DNA of 63,395 bases, counting the filler, from Octopus bimaculoides (lineage: Eukaryota), in the NCBI RefSeq assembly GCF_001194135.2. It is 4 parts of 4 records of this genome, joined end to end, with 100 filler letters (N's around TTAATTAATTAA, not from the genome) between each part and the next. Parts side by side here need not be neighbours in the genome. Positions count along the whole stretch, not along the records: positions 1 to 29,875 come from NC_068993.1; positions 29,976 to 38,838 come from NC_068982.1; positions 38,939 to 55,211 come from NC_068992.1; 1 more part is not named here. One strand, written 5' to 3'. Each line of letters opens with the position of its first letter. The first letter of the stretch is position 1. The notes under the pieces are model-generated. The model was not told the origin of the DNA. It saw only the letters and a list, made by a program, of their open reading frames with translations, and ran no database searches. Position numbers and translations under genes: made by a program. Positions 28,101 through 39,654 of this stretch are shown piece after piece.

Positions 28101-29805
28101 TGGAATTAAATTCACTGGCACAAGGTGAGCAATTTTGAATTGAATGAGACAAGTGATTCCGTCAGCATCAGTAAAAGACAGGCATATTTTTTCATTGACC
28201 ATGAAATGGTAAAAGGCAAAGTTGACCTTGGCAGGAATATAACTAAAATAATAAAGAGTCTAAAGAAAGAACGTAAAGTGCTTTTGAAAGTGTGAATTCC
28301 CAAACCTATTGCTTGTAGTATATAAGAACAAAAAAAAAACACCACTAAATATTCAACAAAGTACAATAATCCCTCGAATTTCGCAGGTATTATGTTCCNN
28401 NNNNNNNNNNNNNNNNNNNNNNNNNNNNNNNNNNNNNNNNNNNNNNNNNNNNNNNNNNNNNNNNNNNNNNNNNNNNNNNNNNNNNNNNNNNNNNNNNNNN
28501 NNNNNNNNNNNNNNNNNNNNNNNNNNNNNNNNNNNNNNNNNNNNNNNNNNNNNNNNNNNNNNNNNNNNNNNNNNNNNNNNNNNNNNNNNNNNNNNNNNNN
28601 NNNNNNNNNNNNNNNNNNNNNNNNNNNNNNNNNNNNNNNNNNNNNNNNNNNNNNNNNNNNNNNNNNNNNNNNNNNNNNNNNNNNNNNNNNNNNNNNNNNN
28701 NNNNNNNNNNNNNNNNNNNNNNNNNNNNNNNNNNNNNNNNNNNNNNNNNNNNNNNNNNNNNNNNNNNNNNNNNNNNNNNNNNNNNNNNNNNNNNNNNNNN
28801 NNNNNNNNNNNNNNNNNNNNNNNNNNNNNNNNNNNNNNNNNNNNNNNNNNNNNNNNNNNNNNNNNNNNNNNNNNNNNNNNNNNNNNNNNNNNNNNNNNNN
28901 NNNNNNNNNNNNNNNNNNNNNNNNNNNNNNNNNNNNNNNNNNNNNNNNNNNNNNNNNNNNNNNNNNNNNNNNNNNNNNNNNNNNNNNNNNNNNNNNNNNN
29001 NNNNNNNNNNNNNNNNNNNNNNNNNNNNNNGATGATGATGATGATGTTGATGATGATGATTTGTAAAGCGAGCCAGCATAGAAGAATCTGCATAAAATGC
29101 ATATAAATATGTGTATCAATATCTATCTACCTGTCTGTCTACATCTTCGTCCACCTATCTATCTACCTTTCTATATCTATATATACCTATGTACTTATGT
29201 GAGTGTGTGTGTGTGTATGCATATATATATATATACATACATACATACCTATAAATGCATAAATATATGCATATATATATATACATATATATATATATCT
29301 ATATGCACATATACATATATATATGTGTGTATATATATATATATATATACAAAGACATATATATATACACATGTATACAGATACAGGCACACACATATGT
29401 ATACAGATATATATATGTAGATATATATAAGTATGTATATATGTGACTGTATGTTCGAAACTTATGTGAAAGATACAGTTATAACATTCTTTGTTATTTT
29501 TCACCATAATCTTTTCCAACCTCCTTGCAGAGTCTTTCGTAAGAAATGCTTTATTAAATTACATCTGATAGGAAATGCATCGTTCAAACCGTTCCTATTT
29601 CTAAATATAAATCTGCTTAAATGCCACTCTTTAGAATAATACTATGCCATCTCAACATCTCAACATTTTGGAGAATGGCTCTAAAGAATTTCTAATACAT
29701 TTTAAAACATTTTCATTGGCTGGTTAGGTATTCACATTCTTATGTATATATATACACGTAATTATCTTGCACATACACACCCATATATGTATATATATAT
29801 ATGTA

Positions 29806-29867
<62 letters not shown>

Positions 29868-29919
29868 TATATATANNNNNNNNNNNNNNNNNNNNNNNNN
29901 NNNNNNNNNNNNNNNNNNN

Positions 29920-29931
29920 TTAATTAATTAA
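29920..29931. other. Synthetic scaffolding linker TTAATTAATTAA (stops in all six frames)
   Basis: Flanked by exactly 44 N on each side (100 bp in total); the identical construct occurs at 38883-38894 and 55256-55267. Confidence 0.95.
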
Positions 29932-30428
29932 NNNNNNNNNNNNNNNNNNNNNNNNNNNNNNNNNNNNNNNNNNNNTATATATATATATATATATATATGA
30001 AAGACGATGAGAATATAATTATTTCTTCTATTAGTGGGAAATAAAACTAGTAGAGCGACATTCACTTTTAGCAACAAAGCCCTCAGCTACTATTGTGAAT
30101 CAATCATTCGATATAGAATTAATATCACAGAAATCTATGAACCGGAATCAATTGTATGACATTTCCTCAACCAGATTATGTATTAATTGACTTTAGGGGA
30201 AAAAAAACAAAGTATATTTGTTTCTCTTCGTTAGTGTCCCACGATAGAACTTAACCCCAACACGGCAGATTAAATGAAATACTTTGACAAAACCATTAGA
30301 ACGTCAAACGAAATACCTTACGGAATATATTCATTTACTTTCTCGCCACGTTCCTACCCTCAAAATCGATAAAATAACATACCGATTAAGTACTGGGATC
30401 GGTGTATAATCGAACAGCCTAAGGTGAC

Positions 30429-30865
30429 GCGCTGGAAGAACCGTTATGATGCGTTTGGTAAAATGCTTAGCGGCATTTTGTTCGTCTTTACGTTCTGAGT
30501 TCAAATTCCCTGAGGTCAACATAGCCCGTCATCCTTTCAGGGTCGATGAAATAAGTACCAGTGAAACACTGGGGTCGACGTGATGGAATATCCCCCACCC
30601 CCGAAATAGCTGGCCTTTTGCCAAAATTTCAAACCTGTATAATCGACCAGCCTTATACCTAAATACGAAACAACGATGATAGATCGGCAAAATCATTGGC
30701 CCGTTGGACAAAATGCTTAACAGCATTTCTTCCAGTTCTTCGTGTTCTGAGTTCAAATCCCGCCGTGGTCAGCTTTTACCTTTCTTTCTTCTGGCATCAA
30801 TAAAATAAAGAACCAGTGAGGTACTGGGATCAAAAATTTCTGGTTTGTGTCTAAATTAGAAACTT
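30429..30865 (+). mobile_element. Two tandem SINE family A copies (30429-30640 and 30683-30865)
   Basis: AAAATGCTTAGCGGCATTT...TTCTGAGTTCAAAT...GTCGATGAAATAAGTACCAGTG occurs twice. Confidence 0.75.
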
Positions 30866-31234
30866 GTATGTTTTAACCCCACTTTTGAGATGATAAATTG
30901 AACTTCATCACAATAATTATTTACTGCTAATTTACCCGTTCAACATGCGGGGGCGATTTCGACTATACTTCTGGGAGATGTTAAAGCGAGAAGCCACGTG
31001 GTTTTGTATTGTTTTTCTGCTGTTTTTACTTTACAGCCTTAGAACTCAAAAGTCCGGTTACCAGGTTTCCATGGTTTATAAAGGACCTCGATTATTACAT
31101 TCCACCCCCACCCCACCCCACCACCACCACCATAGAATGCCGGTCCGTTGTAAGGTTCGAGATTAGCAAATATGAGGAGAGTGGGTTAATCGATTACGTT
31201 GACCCCAGTACTTGATTGAGATCGATTATATTGA

Positions 31235-31445
31235 TTTCACAGTCTGGCACAAAGCCAGCAATTTCAGTAGGGAGGTTAAGTCGATTACATCAACCCTAGT
31301 AATTAATTGGTGCTTATTTTATAGACCCCGAAAGGATGAAAGACAAAGTAGTCCTCAATGAAATTTGAACTCGGAACATAAAGAGCCGGAGGAAATGCTG
31401 CTAAGCTTTTTGTCCCACGAGCTAACGATTGTGCCAGCTCGCCGC
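31235..31445 (-). mobile_element. SINE family A, full length, reverse
   Basis: The minus strand begins GCGGCGAGCTGGCACAATCGTTAGC and continues through the family A body. Confidence 0.8.
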
Positions 31446-31695
31446 TTTGGTTTTGTGTTTACGACTCGCTGATAAGCAGAGACATCGTTTTTCTCAGTTG
31501 TTAACATAAGATTCGTCACCATCCGTTTTTTCCGTGATCCAGGAGTATGGTCAAACGAAATCACACCTGCTAAAGTGTACTTGAGGGTTCAAGGAATTAA
31601 AATGGACCTTGAAAATTAAATTACTCTGACAGAGTGACAGTATCACCGTACGTCACCGGTAGTGAAACTCGAACCGACAACCCTTCAGTTTGTAG

Positions 31696-31774
31696 GAGCG
31701 AAACCCTATTGATCGAGAGAGCTACAACTCTTACATTAACTTCGTGGAAGCTGAAAGGCAGAAAAGGGGAACTG
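31696..31774 (+). CDS. Candidate exon (79 nt, phase 0-1)
   Basis: cccttcagtttgtag acceptor and ACTG|gtttgt donor (weak); ERNPIDRESYNSYINFVEAERQKRGT contains an R-X-K-R motif. Confidence 0.3.
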
Positions 31775-32067
31775 GTTTGTGTAATGTAATAACAAACCCA
31801 TCGAACAAACATTGACTGACCAAGCTAAACACATACTTAAATATCTACGACCGAGTTTGATTAAGTCAAAGAAAATAAAGTAAACAGCAATTAAGTGTGT
31901 TGCAGCGCTGATATGAAATCAATATTTGGAATGAAAGTGAAATCTATGCTTATTTCTCGGTGTGCGACAAGACAGACATAGCCGTCGACATCATCGAAAA
32001 TGTTATCACCAACTCGACAATAGGAAAATGGCGACAGGAAATTTTACAACAAGCGCATTTGCTTGCA

Positions 32068-32103
<36 letters not shown>

Positions 32104-32469
32104 AACACTCATACATACACACCAATGTGNNNNNNNNNNNNNNNNNNNNNNNNNNNNNNNNNNNNNNNNNNNNNNNNNNNNNNNNNNNNNNNNNNNNNNN
32201 NNNNNNNNNNNNNNNNNNNNNNNNNNNNNNNNNNNNNNNNNNNNNNNNNNNNNNNNNNNNNNNNNNNNNNNNNNNNNNNNNNNNNNNNNNNNNNNNNNNN
32301 NNNNNNNNNNNNNNNNNNNNNNNNNNNNNNNNNNNNNNNNNNNNNNNNNNNNNNNNNNNNNNNNNNNNNNNNNNNNNNNNNNNNNNNNNNNNNNNNNTAT
32401 ATAAAGCACGATTTATTCGTGATCAGCAACGTTCGTAAACCGAGGTTCTACTGTATATACAAACATAAT

Positions 32470-32508
<39 letters not shown>

Positions 32509-32524
32509 ACACACACACACACAT

Positions 32525-32630
32525 GTATATGAACTGGGACTCCGTTGGTTACGACGATGAATATTCCAGTTGATCCGTTCAGCGGAACAGCTTGCTCCTG
32601 AAAGTAACCTGCAAATGGCTGGCCACTTCA
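32525..32630 (-). mobile_element. 3' fragment of SINE family C
   Basis: CCAGTTGATCCGTTCAGCGGAACAGCTTGCTC is the reverse complement of the 60490-60520 segment. Confidence 0.65.
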
Positions 32631-33111
32631 TAGAAACCCTAACCCTTTACGTAGGATATAACATCATTCAAAAGCTAAAACAATCTAGAACGCATTGTGA
32701 ACAGCCGTGTATATATATACACCCATACACACATATATATACATATATATACTCCGTCACCTACTTCTCCGTCTATGATTCTTTCTAACTGTGTTGTAGC
32801 GTTTAGCTACTCTTTGCCGGCCACCAAACCTACTATGTGCACTCATCCTGTACCTCTGACGGTCACTCTTACTTTATCACTGTTTGTCTCTACATGTCTG
32901 CATGTATGTATGTCGTCAGAATTTTGGGGAAAAATCCTTTTCTTTCTTCATTATTATTAGTGCTTTCGTTCCTTTCAAGAACTTGTCAAATACAATTTTG
33001 TTTCTACATTCGCAAAATTGTATTTGACAAGTTCTAGAGAGAAAAGAAAGCGCTTATAATAATGAAGAAATGAAAGGATCTTTTTTCCCAAAATCCTAAC
33101 GACTTTTTTCT

Positions 33112-33166
<55 letters not shown>

Positions 33167-33283
33167 TTTTATTACATAGAAGGTATCTATTGGTTTCTCT
33201 CTATGAGAAATAAGAAATTAATACTTATATACATATATGTATATATATGTCTGAATGATATTGAAACTGTTTTACCATTTCAG

Positions 33284-33381
33284 AGGAACCCGAAATTGGA
33301 TGACCCTCAAAGACTTGGCTGACCTTATGACCTACGACAGTGATTTGGCTTACAGAGCGGCACTTAAATTGGACACTAACG
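33284..33381 (+). CDS. Internal coding exon (98 nt, phase 2-1) of an unidentified gene; EF-hand-like helix-loop entry
   Basis: Acceptor gttttaccatttcag and donor AACG|gtaagt are both strong. Only one of three frames is open: GTRNWMTLKDLADLMTYDSDLAYRAALKLDTN(G/D/E/V/A). Non-repetitive sequence in a repeat-rich context. Confidence 0.75.
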
Positions 33382-34244
33382 GTAAGTGTTTACTTTTCAT
33401 TTGACTCTTTCAATCAAATTTATTACATCTAAAGAGACATCTTGACCATTTCTGGATTCTAAGACAACATCTGTCAACTTTTCCTGGTGGTCGTATGAAA
33501 TAATCTTCTTGTTAAATTATGATTAAATTTTTTTTTTAATTAGTTATTTTACTCAGGACCTCTGGAATCTTATTTTAAAAATTAATTGAATCGCTTTGCT
33601 AAGCGTTTTAGAGACGTTTTAGCGAAATGTTGTGGTGGTCATTTTAAAGACAAACTCTTCACTGATGTCTCTCATTTTTTTCTCTCTCAATGACGGTTTC
33701 ATGAATGAGTATTTTATGTAAGCACTCAATTCATTGAATTACGGCATGAAGTGTGTGTGTGTGTGTGTGTGTGTGTGTAGCGTTAAATTAAATATAGGGG
33801 TGTACAATCATATTTCATGTATACTCGGACATGGGATGATGTTTTGTTGCGGATGTAGTCTCGGAAGAAAATTCTCTCCATGGACAATGTGCGAGAAAAC
33901 ACTGCAATGGATTATGAATAACGTCACTGGACAGTAGGACACGAGCGTTTCTGCATCATTGCGCTTCATCAGCGACGAATAACGAATCAGTCATTCATAG
34001 CCCTCTAAGAACGGTCGTTCTTGCGCATAAAAACAGCAAATATATTGGATGATGGGTGCAATGTTTGCTCAAGCTGGGATTGAGACTATTTCTGCAGTGG
34101 AAGAGCTTTCCACATCCAAGTACAGAATGTACATGAACATGTTAAATATGATTGTAGAACACATGTATGTATGTATGTATGTATGTACTGAGTGGGCCAA
34201 AACTCACGGGGTATGTAAATGTTCACCGCCTTAATTATAATTAA

Positions 34245-34436
34245 TATTGGTTTTAAATTATGGCACAAGGCCAGCAATTTTGGGGCAGGGTGTAAGTCGA
34301 TTAGGTTAACCTCATTGTTCAACAGGTATTTATTTTATCGAACCCGAAAAGATGAAAGGCAAAGTCGACTTCGGTGTAATTCGAACTCAGAACATAAAAA
34401 CGGGTGAAATGCCGCTAAGCATTTCGCCCTGTGTGC
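34245..34436 (-). mobile_element. SINE family A, reverse
   Basis: GATGAAAGGCAAAGTCGACTTCGG...GAACTCAGAACATAAA...GCCGCTAAGCATTTCGCCC. Confidence 0.8.
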
Positions 34437-34646
34437 TGGAGGACAGAAAAGGACAAAAAATACCAGCGCGCTCACACACACATACACTCCCCCACGACAC
34501 GCTCACACGCGCAAATGTGCGAGCGTGAGGTGGGGGCCATGTAAGGCGTATTTATACATATATCAACCCCTAAAGTGCTGGGATTTGCACTTACATAGCA
34601 TGGACTGCTGAGCACATTTTATGAAAATGAGACTACCATGCACACA

Positions 34647-34748
34647 TATAGATGTTTTCGATCTAGTTTGATTCTTTGCCATCAAATTTGATTGCAAAGA
34701 ATTCTAATTTGATGGAAAAGAAACCAAACTAGACCGAAAACATCTTTA
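34647..34748. repeat. About 100 bp imperfect palindrome (MITE-like or pre-miRNA-like hairpin)
   Basis: Arms 34650-34688 and 34706-34745 pair at about 36 of 40 positions with a 17 nt loop; TA at both outer ends. Confidence 0.85.
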
Positions 34749-35242
34749 AAAAACAAAAAAATAGTTAAAATATCTTCTTAGTATATAATGGTGGCAAGTT
34801 TTACATCATCTGAAAAGTCATTAGTTGAACTATTAGTCGTCTTGAATTCTGGGGGTATCGGAGCATTTGAGTGACATTAGACCCCAACAAACGCCCATAA
34901 ATTAAATACATCTATCTGGGCCACGATCGTGGCCCGTCGTGCTTTATGTGTTACGGGTCAGCATTTCTTTTTATATATATAATTGCGCAGTAACATACAA
35001 GCACTGATTACTTTAGTCAAAAAGTACAGAGTTCAACATATATGTGTGTATGTGTGTATATTTGTATTTTATATGTATATTTGTTTGTATGTAAATATAT
35101 ATATACATATATATATATATTTGTATGGATGTATGTATGTATGTATGTATGTATGTTTGCTGGTATGTGCGTGTGTGTATATATGTATATATTTATATAT
35201 ATATAGAGAGAGAGAGGCGGGGAGAAATATATATAGAGAGAA

Positions 35243-35297
<55 letters not shown>

Positions 35298-35325
35298 TAC
35301 GATCTAAATGTGTGTGTGTGCGCGC

Positions 35326-35356
<31 letters not shown>

Positions 35357-35535
35357 ATGGAGCTATATATTTCTTCAATAATTTCTAATATAACATAGAA
35401 GTGTTGTTACTAGGAACTCCAGACAAATATTGAAATTCGGCAGGTGAAGAGAATCCAAGTTTCACAAAGGTAAAACTTCTGAGTGAGATTTGCGAAGAGC
35501 AAAATATAATTGAAATAAGAAGCCACAGGAAGACT

Positions 35536-35638
35536 TTAATACGTCTTTAATGATCGGTTACAATTGTTTCTGTACAAACTCTGCTTTCAGCATACTTGAT
35601 ACAGAAACAATTGCAAATGATCATTAAAGACGTGTTAA
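35536..35638. mobile_element. 95 bp palindromic MITE flanked by TTAA (piggyBac-like)
   Basis: Arms 35541-35574 and 35600-35633 match at 31 of 34 positions; TTAA at 35536-35539 and 35635-35638. Confidence 0.7.
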
Positions 35639-37164
35639 AATCTTTCTTTGGCTTCTTATTTGGATTATGATATATGTGTAGGTGTAGCTATGTATGTATG
35701 TCTCTTTTGTATTTAACCATTTAAATTCTTCCTCCGAAGAAAGAGCTGGTTGCTAACAAAGATACAGAGCTCCACCTTTGGAATGTATATAACGAAAACA
35801 ATGCCACATTTTGTTAAATAGCCTATTGCTGCTGCAGTGCTGTTTTGTTACTTTCAGCCATAATCGTGTTAGCGAAATCCAGCGTGGTGTAAGGTATATT
35901 TTAAAAATCTGGTTTGAATAATGCTACGTTGGTAGGTAAAAGGTGTTACCAGTTACTGATTTAGGCTGGAGGAGTCAGCATAAATGTAAAAGGAAAACTT
36001 CAAAAAATATGTTTTAAACGGATCTCTACGCCTGCCATATTGTATGTATGTATGTATGTATCTATGTCTCATCTATTATTTAATTATATAAATCTTCCAC
36101 TGAGGAGGGATCCGGTTTCCAACAAAGATACAAGGCTCGATTAAAACGCTGTCTCTATCCAATCATCGTTTTCGTAACTATAACATCTCCGCATTTTTAG
36201 TTGCAGATCGAGATGGACTTAGGCAGAAAGTCAAGCTGGGCACTAATTGAGTGTACTTATTATCTTACGTCATCAGACGTAATATTGCCTGAAATTTATA
36301 TTTGTGTGTGTGTGTGTGTGTGTGGATGTTATGTATATGTTTATGCCTATATACCTATTCATATATATATATATATATATATTAAAATTACTATGCGTAT
36401 GTGTATTTTTGTCTGTTAGTGCGTGTGTGTAAAAGTATAATAATAATAATGCGCAAAGCTAATGCACGAATCGCATTAGAATGGCGTGTTACCATTATTG
36501 GGATATCTTATTGAAAAGACGACTAGCGATAGATTAAATGGTATCTTCTCGTATCAGGAATTACTAAATTATGGTTCATCATAAAACCTTGACATCTAGA
36601 GATGGAGAAATAGAGAAAATTCTTGTCCCTCTATCCTAGGGTAATATTTCGCGATTAATAAATAATTCTTTAATCTATACACCCATATTATCGCCTTGAT
36701 CCATAATTGCCATCACACGGAATTTGGTATTGTGTGTAGAATATATAATGGCTGACTTTGGAACCTAATTAGAAGACAAGAGATGCTCTTCAGAAATTGT
36801 CTTCCTATTTTCGATGATTAATAATTCCTTAACTCTTAGATCATCATCTTGTTCCTTGGTTTGCATGACATGGAATAATCGTTGTAGATGTGAATCTTTC
36901 GTGACTGTGTTCTGACGAAATTCGCTTTCCTACATGATGACGGGTTCGATCCTTGTATGAGCTACCGTGGACAGATGTCTTCTACCATATCTTCAGGCTG
37001 GACAAATCCTTGCGAATGATATTTGTGAAATCAAAACTGTGTGCAACCCTTTCGAGCGATCATTCTTGTTTTGGGTTGGTAAATTTAACTTGTCTCCCGG
37101 GTTTTGCCACTGCGTGATCCTGGAGTACCTTTATCGAAGTTCTCTTTGTTGCAGATATTTAGAT

Positions 37165-37710
37165 CAGGCCTCCGCTTTTTGGTCAGCTGAAAGCAATCTC
37201 GGCACAAACTTAACAAACACGCGTTTCATACCCAATGATAATGGACCGAAATGAACCGTAACTAATCAGCATATCCTCTGATAACTCATGGATGGTGATT
37301 CGATTATTTCCCCTCACAGTTTCACGCACATCTGCGCTGTTTTTCTCAGTTCTGCTGGTTGCGAGTCTCCCAGAACGTTCGTCTCTATCGATATTTTTCG
37401 GCCATCTTGGAGACGTCTGAACACTCGTACACTTGTGTGCAGCGTCACGCATCCCTCTCCATACACTTTCTGCAAATTTGAGTAGGCCTCTGAGCAGGTA
37501 TCACCATGACAACTTTCTCTATCATGGTCAATGCGACGATCACACGCTACACACCTTTCTTCCAAACACTGCTGTAAACAGCGGAAGTGAGCTAGAACAT
37601 TAAAACTTAGTGCGCATGCACAGCAGAGCTCAAGGTCAATCTTTGCCAAACGGCTTTACTCTGCGTGCTTTAGCTTCGTTACTATGGCAACAGTGCGGCT
37701 ACCTGTATGT
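37165..37710 (-). mobile_element. Mariner transposase 5' fragment (HTH region to the WVPREL-like linker), pseudogenised
   Basis: EAYSNLQKVYGEGCV..., RSGRLATSRTEKNSADVRETVRGNNRITIHELSEDMLISYGS and GMKRVFVKFVPRLLSADQK, with frameshifts. Confidence 0.8.
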
Positions 37711-37849
37711 AGTTTTACATACTAATAAAGACGTTTTAGGCGCTTTATCTTTTCTTTTCTACACGCACACATTATAATTTCGATCTCAACAGACAAAAAT
37801 CTTTTGTCTTTTCGGCTACACATGCCGGAACACCGTGTATCTCTCAAAA

Positions 37850-38052
37850 GATTTGAAGTAATTCTCAAGGAGATTCAGCGTGATACAGAATGTTACAAGG
37901 CTGGTCCCGTTTCAATTACAGGTACAACTCATTTTTGCCAGTTGAGTGGACTAGAGCAACGTGAAATAACGTGACTTGCTCAAGGACACAACATGCGGCC
38001 GGAAATAGGTTCGTGAGTCAAACACCTTAACCAATAAGCCACGTACCTTCAC
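37850..38052 (-). mobile_element. SINE family D, reverse
   Basis: Colinear with the 246-489 copy. Confidence 0.75.
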
Positions 38053-38460
38053 GAGCAACATCTATAATACAACAGCAACAATCACAACAATAGCTCTAGC
38101 TTCAACAACATCAACAACAACAACCGCAACGCATTATGTAATGTTGCCACTGATTCCCATTTGTCGCTCCACCTATAATTACGTTTTTGAACGCATCGAA
38201 ATTTAAACAGCTGGAACAAGAATCAATCGATTGGCTGAGACATTTAGAAATATTTCAACCCTGATCAATCAACTCATCATTGTATCCTGTCTATGTTCGA
38301 TACGAACGACTGGTCGCTTGGCGGTTCGATGTGCTGTTGACTAAAGCAAACAAATTTATTGTTATATAATTAAGAGAGTAAAATAATAGCATTTCGCAAT
38401 TACTCTCTCCTCCAGCCTTCTCTCTCTCTCACTCTCTCTCTCAATATATATATACATACA

Positions 38461-38522
<62 letters not shown>

Positions 38523-38938
38523 TATATGTGAGTGTGTGTGTGTCTAGAAGTATATTCTAGAAATCGATAGCATATTAACAGTTGAGTTTTTTCCACGCTA
38601 CATTGTTTTACTCGTTATATCTATGAATTATAAGCTTTCACTGTGTGTATGGATGGATATGAATATCTCGTCTGTGTACACAGAATCTAGATTCTGTGTA
38701 CACAGACTCAAACACACACATCCACCCGTGTGTGTGTGTGCGTTTTAAAATCAAAAATGAAACTGTAAAACGTGAACACAGTCGTGTATTTAATGAAACA
38801 TGAATAAAAGAAAAGCTGTTCTTCATATGTATATATATNNNNNNNNNNNNNNNNNNNNNNNNNNNNNNNNNNNNNNNNNNNNTTAATTAATTAANNNNNN
38901 NNNNNNNNNNNNNNNNNNNNNNNNNNNNNNNNNNNNNN

Positions 38939-39165
38939 CATAAAAGACACCATTTCGAGCGTGGCCGTTTTCGTGCGGGTGACACGTAAAAGCACCCACT
39001 ACACTCTCTGAGTGGTTGGCGTTAGGAAGGGCATCCAGCTGTAGAAACTCTGCCAAATCAGACTGGAGCCTGGTGTTGCCATCCGGTTTCACCAGTCCTC
39101 AGTCAAATCGTCCAACCCATGCTAGCATGGAAAGCGGACGTTAAACGATGATGATGATGATGATG
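38939..39165 (+). mobile_element. Family F element 3' part with (GAT)n tail
   Basis: TGGTTGGCGTTAGGAAGGGCATCCAGCTGTAGAAACTCTGCC...GCGGACGTTAAACGATGATG. Confidence 0.85.
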
Positions 39166-39225
39166 AAATCTTTCAGTTTCAGCAGCTTTTTCAACATTTC
39201 TAACCCTAGACATCTCTTTTCTCAC

Positions 39226-39296
39226 TGTGTCCATAACATAGATTCCATATTCCAAATCAGAACATTTATCGTATCTTTGAAGGATAAATGCTTTAA
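39226..39296 (-). CDS. Candidate exon (71 nt); inverted paralog of 40800-40867
   Basis: Long pyrimidine tract ending ttttcag, with ACA|gtgaga as a possible donor; KAFILQRYDKCSDLEYGIYVMDT in phase 1 (the phase 0 frame is also open to a TGA). Confidence 0.4.
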
Positions 39297-39654
39297 CTGA
39301 AAAGAAATTGAAAGAAATACAAAGATAAGCTTCAGAAAAAAGCATAACATCAGACAAAGAGAGCCACAGTCTGCTAAAGATGAAGTAAGACAAAAAAACT
39401 GAAGTCAAGTAAAAATACAAGATACCAACAACGGATACATCAGCATCACAAGATACTGATGTATCCTGATAATTTCTTCCAGCTCCCGCTGAAATGATTA
39501 TTGTTTATTGTCTAGAAGTCTTTGTTTTTATTCACAGATTTTGAGGGAGAGTATAGTCAATTAAATTAATTTATTTTATAAACTCTAGAAGGATGAAAAG
39601 TAATAGTCCTCTCAAATATCACAATACTTCTGACGCTCTGGAATGTTAATACTG

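Noticed and set aside
33800-34160. Balanced-composition block with short ORFs (MMGAMFAQAGIETISAVEELSTSKY)
   Set aside because: All frames carry stops and I could not match Tc1 or hAT motifs convincingly
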